From Octopus vulgaris (Eukaryota): a DNA stretch of 64,000 bases. The stretch covers positions 131,502,001 to 131,566,000 of the forward strand of contig OX597817.1 in NCBI GenBank assembly GCA_951406725.2, given 5' to 3'. The first letter of the stretch is position 1. Each line of letters starts with the position of its first letter. A model generated the notes under the pieces. That model did no database searches and was not told where the DNA came from. It worked only from the letters and a program-made list of their open reading frames with translations. This document shows, piece after piece, positions 54,614 through 64,000 of the stretch. A program made the position numbers and the translations under genes.

Positions 54614-54925
54614 GGCGGCGAGCTGGCAGAAACGTTAGCACACTGGCCGAAGTGCTTAGTGGTATTTCGCCTACCGCTACGTTCTGAGTTGAAATTCCGC
54701 CGAGGTCAACTTTGCCTTTCATCCTTTCGGTGTCAATTAAATAAGTACCAGTTACGCACTGGGGTCTATGTAATCGACTTGTTTGTCTGTCCTTGTTTGT
54801 CCTCCCTGTGTTTAGCCTTTTGTGGGTAGTAAAGAAATAGGTATTTCATCTGCCGTTACGTTCTGAGTTCAAATTCCGCCGAGGTCGACTTTGCCTTTCA
54901 TCCTTTCGGGGTCGATAAACTAAGA
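54614..54925 (+). mobile_element. SINE family B dimer
   Basis: Full unit, then restart at AAAGAAATAG|GTATTTC (54841). Confidence 0.85.
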
Positions 54926-55298
54926 ACCTTATGCGTACGCAGAGTAGAAAAGATTAAAGATATTACTAAAGTCCAGGGAGTAACCGGGAATTTTAGTACC
55001 AATGGTTATTTAATAAATGAAGTTAGTTTCAGATTTATTAGTTCAAATTAAGTTCAAGACCATTAGTTAAATTAATGAAGTGAAATGGTAGAGATAGTTA
55101 CAGGGGAATAAACAAGACTTTTGTGGCGGTAGAAAATTCTTTAAAAATTCGCGGCAAAAAATTTATCACCAAAGCATTAAGACTGACAAAATAGTAATAG
55201 TATACGGAAGGCTTAAAGGGACGTTACTCTCTAGAGAGAAGAGTTATTTCCCTTGCATAATTATTATTTTTTAAAAAGTAAATAGTTTTTATTTCCAA

Positions 55299-55683
55299 CT
55301 AGCAGTATCGCCCGGCGTTGCTCAGGTTTGTAAGGGAAATAACTATAAAGCATTTTTAGAGAGTTATAGCCAAAAAACAGCAAAAAAATTGGAAAAAAAT
55401 TATGGTAAATTTTTTTTGATAGTTAAAAAAGGTGGAGTTGCGTCCCCTACACAGTTTGTGGTTTGTGTTCCTGGTTCTCGACCCCATGTCGAATTTATCG
55501 ATTTTTTTCAGAACTAGGGGAACTTTTCAAAATTTTCGCTGCGTTAGTTTTGAATTATGACATTGGGCTATGTGTGTGTCAAGTTTCATCAGAATCGGTT
55601 GAAAGCTGTGGTCAGGGTGAGGGTACAAGCAAACAGACACACAGAAACACGCACAGACAAACTGCCGTTTATATATAGAGAGA
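55299..55683 (-). mobile_element. Non-autonomous Helitron
   Basis: Minus strand A|TCTCTCTATATATAAAC ... CCTGAGCAACGCCGGG hairpin, CTAG|T; no TSD. Confidence 0.65.
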
Positions 55684-56149
55684 TGATTAACGATGCTACG
55701 AAAGTGCAACGAAACACAATGCCGCGGAACAGACATGAACATCCGGCTCCTGAGCACACTGGTGCCGATCCTATCCCCCACACTCTATCACGGTTATGTG
55801 CATTACTACTACCACGGCCTTTCGGCGTCAATGAAATAGGTACTAATTGAATTCTGAGGTTGTGTTAGTGGTCTTACACCCTCCTTCAAAATTCCAGGAC
55901 TTGTGCCTATGATAGAAAGGATCACCAATGATTAACTTTGACGGGAAGAATCTTTCCTTTTGACAACTTCAATTTGATCAACAAACCAATGACCAAACCA
56001 TGCACATTGCAACGCCTTCAAAACCAACTGGAACTGCTTCGCACACAGTTCTTGTGCCCCGTGAACGTAGCCACTTCTGTTTTCTTTTAAATACATCAAG
56101 ATAATTATTTAAAATTTTTTCCACAAGTTCAGCTTGGGGGAGGTGTTCA

Positions 56150-56290
56150 AATGGTACTTATTTAATCGACACCGAACGGATGAAAGGCAAAGTCGACCTC
56201 AACGGAATTTCAACTTAGAACGTAGCGACGGGCGAAATACCGCAAAGCTTTTCGTCCGGTGTGCTAATGATTCTGCCGGCTCACCGCCTT
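56150..56290 (-). mobile_element. SINE family B
   Basis: Reverse complement of head and core. Confidence 0.75.
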
Positions 56291-57064
56291 TAAATACATT
56301 AAGATAATACCTTACAGGAAGAACGATTTTAAAGTTTAAACTTATTTCATTTTAAAGACTTCGGTGCTAAGAAGATGTTCTGCTATGGTTCCTCTGCAAT
56401 AGTTCAATGCCTAGAATTTAGTACGACATGTTACTAAACTAAACCTAGTGTATACATCTTAGCTACTCAGCGTCTGATGGACTGAACCGACAAAATAATC
56501 TTTGCTCCTAACGGACCACAACTGGTGGGGTGTAGCTGAAGTATGGCCTAATGGTAATAAACGTTCACTTCGTAATCATGGGGGATCTGGGTTCTCTCCC
56601 ACTGCATGGCAACGCGGGACATGCTTTTGCTATTGCCTTGAGACTACCAAAGCTTTGGTAGTGGAAATGGGTTGATAAGGACTGCTCGGAAACCTTTGAA
56701 ATGGTTTCTTGTAATTCAAATGTCTAGCCTTGTCATACGTGCCCGTTCTATCACAGAATTCATTTGATGGTAAATATGTTTGTGGAATGCTCAGACATTT
56801 GTTCGTTAAATCTATGAGAAGATAATCCAGTTGATCGAGCACCTGAACCCTGGTCGTCGATGAGACTCAGGTACTTCCTTTATTGATGAGGAGATTGCCC
56901 AAAGACAAATACTTCACATCAACAGTTAACATTGAATTATGGGTAAAATAAACAGTTCAAGTTGTAAAACCGAGCAAACTGGTCTGCAGTATTTAGTTAC
57001 AACCTACAAGGTAGTGAGTTCAAATATCGCCAGAATATAATTTACAATTCTTCATTCCTGGCTG

Positions 57065-57668
57065 ATGGCTTCAAATTTTGGAACAAAGTCAATAAATTTC
57101 GACCTCAGAAATAAACTTAGTGCTTCTTTTACTGATATCGAAACGAAGAACAGTGAAGTCAACCTCGGCGGAATTTGAACTCATAATTTAAAGGCCCGGA
57201 AGAAAAGCCGCTAAGCATTTTGTTCGACAAACTTATGATCCTGTTAATTCAGCGCTTTAATAATCTTTTCGACTACAGGCATATGATCTGAGGGAGGGAG
57301 TAAGTCGTTCCTAGTACTTCATTGGAACTTGTTTCATCGCCTCCGAGAGAATGAATGGCATGGTCTATCTCGGTGGAATTTGAACATTTAACAGGATAAA
57401 ATGCCGCTAAGCATTTGTCCAGCGCGCTAGCAATCATGTTAGCTTGCAAACCGTTTAATAATCATTTTTACTAGGGGCACAAGGCGTGAAATTTTGGGGA
57501 AGGGGTTAAGTCGATTATATTGACCCCAGTACTCAACTTATCGACCCTGAAAGGATGAAAGGCAAGGTCGACTTCGGCGGAATTTGAACTCAGATCGTAA
57601 ATACAGACGAAACACCGCTAATCATTTTATTTTACCCAGCGTAGTAACGATTGTCAGCTCGCGGCCTT
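57065..57668 (-). mobile_element. Three tandem degenerate SINE family B copies
   Basis: GGAATTTGAAC at ~57170, ~57375 and ~57579, each followed by CCGCTAA.CATTT. Confidence 0.75.
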
Positions 57669-57883
57669 TTTCTCTAGTGTATATATATATGTATAATGAT
57701 ATATATATATATATAAACAAATTCAAAATGCGATAAAATAAAATTAATTATTATCGCTGGTGTTTCTAGCACAAGCCATATATTATTCATATATAAGTAC
57801 ATTAAAAGGCGAAGTATGTACTAGAAACACAGAAGCTTGATAAATTTAGTGAAATGAAGATAAAAACGTTTACTATATATGTA

Positions 57884-57993
<110 letters not shown>

Positions 57994-58521
57994 TTGCAGT
58001 TATGCAAAAATGTCGAAGGTCCAGAAAGTTACTTTTTCAAAAAACGAAAAGATAGTTTCAACATTCCTTTCCTTTTTACATTAGCAACAGTTTCAGCTAA
58101 ACAATAATACTTTGTTGGGGGCATAAAATCGTAACTCCATGCATGTACGATATTTTCAGTCGGAAATGTTTTTGCAAAAACTGTCGTATGTGGGACTTAT
58201 TACACATTTGAAAAATGCTAAGCCATTGTACTACACTTTGACAATTTATAATATTTTGGCATCTGAAGCAGCTGGAGATATGATAGTTTGACCAAAAGAA
58301 CCGGGTATTGCAAGCAAAATTAGATATTGAAAAAATAAAGCAAAAACACATTTGGCCAAAAGACTTTTTCATTTTTCCGAGCGTCAAACTAATACACCTG
58401 TTTGTTGTTCATACACCTGTCTTCATCTTTGGTTATTCTATAAATTTCAACTATATATATATATATACATGACAGGCTTCTTTCAGTTTCCATCTACCAA
58501 ATCCACTCACAAGGCTTTATG

Positions 58522-58634
<113 letters not shown>

Positions 58635-58684
58635 GGAGTAAACACATAAAAGTGAAACAAGGTGGAAAAAAGAGTACTCAAAAA

Positions 58685-58722
58685 CTGTCTGATGAACGGC
58701 AACGAGAAACTCAGAGTAACAG
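58685..58722 (+). ncRNA. Type I hammerhead ribozyme motif
   Basis: CUGU-CUGAUGA-ACG-GCAA-CGA-GAAA-CUCAGAG-UA-ACAG: intact core, GNRA-capped short stem II with a mismatched base pair. Confidence 0.65.
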
Positions 58723-59027
58723 ATTTTGTTGAATTTTCTGCTGCTTAAAATAAAGTATATATATATATATATATATATATACAAGATAAGAAAATGGAGA
58801 AATACATCTAAATCAAATATCAATTACCAGATAATACTCAATCACATACTTTATTAAACCACCACATAAGAGACTGTAGGGTTAAACATAAAAAAGCAGA
58901 ACAAATCAGTGTACATAAATGAATGTACATAAAAAAGTGTACATAAAAGAGTAATGTTGTATAATAAGTAGAATATATATAAAAAAAGAGAATATACATA
59001 TAAGTAAATATAAATATAAGTATAGAT

Positions 59028-59160
59028 TACATCTTACAGCTGTTTCGGCCATGTAGATAAGTATGTCTCATTTTACCAATATTAGCCTTTTATGGTAGGT
59101 CAATATATAGATATAACTGAGACATTTACAAAAATATCATAAGGCCTCCTCGGAGATATA
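59028..59160 (-). ncRNA. Type I hammerhead-like motif with long stem II insert (core U4C)
   Basis: UAUAUCU-CCGAGGA-GGCC...GGCC-GAAA-CAGCUG-UA-AGAUGUA: 7-bp stem I, palindromic stem III. Confidence 0.6.
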
Positions 59161-60308
59161 CATATACATATGAGTGCATATACTCACATTCCTATACATA
59201 TAAAAATATACATATACATAATAATGTAAATAAATAATATAAATTAGTAAACATATATACGTTCCATATTCAATGTTTCAGTTCTTCAACTTAATATTGT
59301 GATAATAAACATACACATATTAGTACCTAGATGCAAATATACATAGTCAATAGTACATTATATTACTTCCTACTAATTTCCAAAGTGTCATTAAAGTTAG
59401 CATCATTATCGTTGTCAATACCATTAATGCTACCATTATTATCATTCATAATATTATTAATAACGCTTACATTAGGATCCGAAGTGGCACATATGTATGT
59501 CCAGGTTCTAGTTAGTAATTTTCCTTATGACATAAATACACTATTGGATTTGAATTTAAATTATCATTGTCTTCATCATGGTTGGTCCGTTGAGAGCCTC
59601 CCGACCTCCACCACACCGCACAAGAAAAACATACACATCCACATCCAACCCTAAACCCACACGTCCACATAAAACCCCCCACACACATGAATACACCCCG
59701 ACACATCTCTACACATTCACTAGATTGCAGAGTGCATGTCTGTCATCGCATGGCTTATAGACAAATCAGTACAGGCAGCAGTGTCTATACACTAACACAC
59801 ACACTCACACGCACATCCGCATATACCCATAAATATTAATACACTCTCATATACTGTATCAGGAAACATTCGCACACACATATATACATATTTAAATATA
59901 TGTCTGCGCACTCATACGTACAAATAAAACCTATACTTATATCCACACATGAATAAATATTTGCATATACATATATACATATCCAAATACGCACCTGCGT
60001 ACTCATATGTATAAGAAAAACATACATCCGTACATCCACCTACGAACATACCTATACGTACAAAAACATACATACGTACACATACACATTTTCACACACC
60101 TTGACACCTCCACCCACATCCACTAAATCATAAATTAAAATATATGTCTGTCCATCCAAAGACGTATATATACATACACAAAAAGTAAACAGAAGTTACT
60201 ATTAACTTAGATATAAGTTCATTAATTATAAATTAAATTAAATTGATTATAAGTTAGTAAGTGCCAAATAAACAAAAATAAATAATTAAATAAATAAATA
60301 TAAACATA

Positions 60309-60350
<42 letters not shown>

Positions 60351-60354
60351 AGTA

Positions 60355-60735
60355 GGCGCAGGAGTGGCTGTGTGGTAAGTATCTTGTTTACCAACCACAT
60401 GGTTCCGGGTTCAGTCCCACTGCATGGCACCTTGGGCAAGTGTCTTCTACTATAGCCTCGGGCTGACCAAAGCCTTGTGAGTGGATTTGGTAGACGGAAA
60501 CTGAAAGAAGCCTGTCGTATATATGTATATATATATGTGTGTGTGTGTTTGTCCCCCTAGCATTGCTTGACAACCGATGCTGGTGTGTTTACGTCCCCGT
60601 TACTTAGCGGTTCGGCAAAAGAGACCGATAGAATAAGTACTGGGCTTACAAAAGAATAAGTTCCGGGGTCGAGTTGCTTGATTAAAGGCGTTGCTCCAGC
60701 ATGGCCGCAGTCAAATGACTGAAACAAGTAAAAAA
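60355..60735 (+). mobile_element. Full-length SINE family A
   Basis: GGCGCAGGAGTGGCTGTGTGG...GGTTCAGTCCC...CCTTGGGCAAGTG...CCAGCATGGCCGCAGTCAAATGACTGAAACAAGTAAAA. Confidence 0.92.
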
Positions 60736-61003
60736 AAAAAAAAATATATATATATATACATATATATCCATGTATAGATAAATAGATAAATAAAATGGAA
60801 CGCGTGTTCTGGTGTACATCTCGGTGATCGTGTGTGCGTGTGGGCCCAGCCATGAATTCACGTGACCGTGCGGGGGCGTGCATGCACATGTATGTGCATG
60901 TGGGTGCATTTCGGCGTATCCACTTATATTTACTATATTAGGTTTATCTTTGTGCCCTCCTTAATTTGTATTCCATTTTATTTATCTATTTATCTATACA
61001 TGG

Positions 61004-61067
<64 letters not shown>

Positions 61068-61525
61068 TTATTTATTTAATTATTTATTTTATGACAAAGG
61101 AACAAATGATTATCTTAAGAACTTCATTAGCTCACAGCTGTTTCTACTATAAGATGCAGTGGACTCATAGCTAAGTGCATGAATAACTCATCATAGCCTA
61201 TCTATGGAACGGCATCAACAATCAGGAAAGTTAATCTGGATGTATATAAGTAAAGCATGTGTCCAAAATGTGATTCGATGTATTAGTGGACATATATGTA
61301 CATATACGCATGCACAGATTCTGGGGCACCCGCAGGCACAGGAAAACACACAAACAAAAACCCTACTCGCACACACATGGAAACATGCACACGCACTGGG
61401 ACATATGTACACATACGTATGTGTACCCAGACACCCACCCACCCACCACCACACACACACATATAGACACATCCGCACACACATATTTACATAAATATAT
61501 ATATAAACACAAATATGTATAAATG

Positions 61526-61609
<84 letters not shown>

Positions 61610-61704
61610 TGCATATATATATATATACATAGATACATGCGTATATATACACACATGTATACATGTGTATAAATATATATGTATATATATATATACATAT
61701 ATAT

Positions 61705-61771
<67 letters not shown>

Positions 61772-61860
61772 CATATATATATATGTGTGTATGTATATAT
61801 ACATATATATATATATATTATATATATGTATGTATATATGTATATATATATATCTATGTT

Positions 61861-61892
<32 letters not shown>

Positions 61893-62126
61893 TATATGTA
61901 TGTGTGTATATATTATACTATATCCGTAGATGAAGCAAGGCAAGTGAATAAAAGATGACTTCCTTTAGTACTTCAGCGTTTGGCTTTGCGTCTCGACAAA
62001 ATTATTTTTGTATTTCCTCCGAAATAAACTTAATTGCTTATTACTCCAACACTTTAAAGCATAAAAGGGTTTTCTGGGCACGTAGCTGTGTGTCTATATT
62101 TATCTAGATATGTCTGTATAGGAGAC

Positions 62127-62198
<72 letters not shown>

Positions 62199-62280
62199 TG
62201 TGTGTGTGTGTGTGTAACTCTTTGCCTTTTTCTTAGTTTGTATCTTTGCACATACACACACACCCACATACACATGCATA

Positions 62281-62319
<39 letters not shown>

Positions 62320-62401
62320 GCATACATTTATATACATACATATATAGATGCATATATATGTATATTTATATCTATAACTATATCTGTCTATCTATCCATC
62401 C

Positions 62402-62471
<70 letters not shown>

Positions 62472-62542
62472 ATATATATATATATATATGCAAATACAAA
62501 TACATATATACATATATATATATATACATATATATATATGCG

Positions 62543-62580
<38 letters not shown>

Positions 62581-63000
62581 TATATGCATATATATGCATA
62601 CATATATATAATTGTGTGTGTTTTTATTTGTTTATGTGAGTGTGTGTATGTGTGTGTGTTTGTGTGTGTATGTGTCTGTGTATGTCTGTCTGCATACGCA
62701 TGTTTCTGTATGCGTGTATATAAAAGAAAGAAGGAATGAAAGAAAGTGTGGAAAAAAAAAGAACCGTTATATAGAGCAAGCTACTATTAATCGACACGAA
62801 CTCTCCGGACAACCCAATACATTCCATGCAGAACTGGTTCGAATTCTTCACTAAAACATTTCCCTTTTGTATTTTAATAGCGGCTGAGTGGGAAAGTTTA
62901 TACAACGAGTAAAAACAAATTATTGTAACTCATTCTAAATCTGCACATCATGGTATTTACTTGTGAGGATCACATATCTGAATTTGATACATTTGAATGC

Positions 63001-63445
<445 letters not shown>

Positions 63446-63617
63446 TAATAAATTTCAGGGCCCCTTCAATGCATATTTGCATTCGTAAATATTTCCCTTC
63501 CGGTCTTGCTGTTATAATGACAAACGTGTATAAACTGATATGGTACACAGCACTTTTTATTCTATTGAGTTACCTTGAAATATTTATCATTGTTGTTTAA
63601 AACAATCTTAATTTTTG

Positions 63618-64000
63618 CCGACTGGTACTTATTTAATCGACCCCGAAAGGATGAAAGGCAAAGTCGATCTCGGCGGAATTTGAACTCAGAACGTAGCGGC
63701 AGACGAAATTCCTATTTCTTTATTACCCACAAGGGGCTACACAGAGGGGACAAACAAGGACAGACATAGGTATTAAGTCGATTACATCGACCCCAGTGCG
63801 TAACTGGTACTTAATTTATCGACCCCGAAAGGATGAAAGGCAAAGTCGACCTCGGCGGAATTTGAACTCACAACGTAACGCAGACGAAATACCGCTAAAC
63901 ATTTCGCCCGGCGTGCTAACGTTTCTTCCAGCTCGCCGCCTTCTTTAAGGCAAAGTCGACCTCGGCGGAATTTGAACTCAGAACGTAGCGGCAGACGAAA
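63618..64000 (-). mobile_element. SINE family B dimer plus a further copy running off the window end
   Basis: Head at ~63940, internal restart junction at ~63710. Confidence 0.85.

Overview
AT-rich, microsatellite-dense animal DNA. The SINE, LINE and microsatellite style suggests an octopod cephalopod, which is an inference. There is one host gene: the last two coding exons (2496-3400, 4790-5023, +) of a BMP9/10-class TGF-beta ligand. The rest is repeat-derived: CR1-type LINEs, R4/Dong-type REL-endonuclease LINEs inside (TAA)n or (CATA)n tracts, three tRNA-derived SINE families, a deleted mariner, hAT and pogo-like MITEs, Helitron-like ends and a lone 5S rRNA-like copy. Almost all six-frame ORFs are translated microsatellites. 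The most striking hidden layer is non-coding. About 15 type-I hammerhead ribozyme motifs from several unrelated short repeat families occur, mostly in (TA)n, often with palindromic stem III and inside inverted repeats, resembling Penelope pLTRs or retrozymes. The best example is at 34753-34845. Also notable are a SINE/CR1-LINE shared 3' tail, a (CATA)n-associated REL LINE, a 5S-SINE juxtaposition and unusual residues in the BMP. All alignments and folds were done by eye, so repeat boundaries are approximate.
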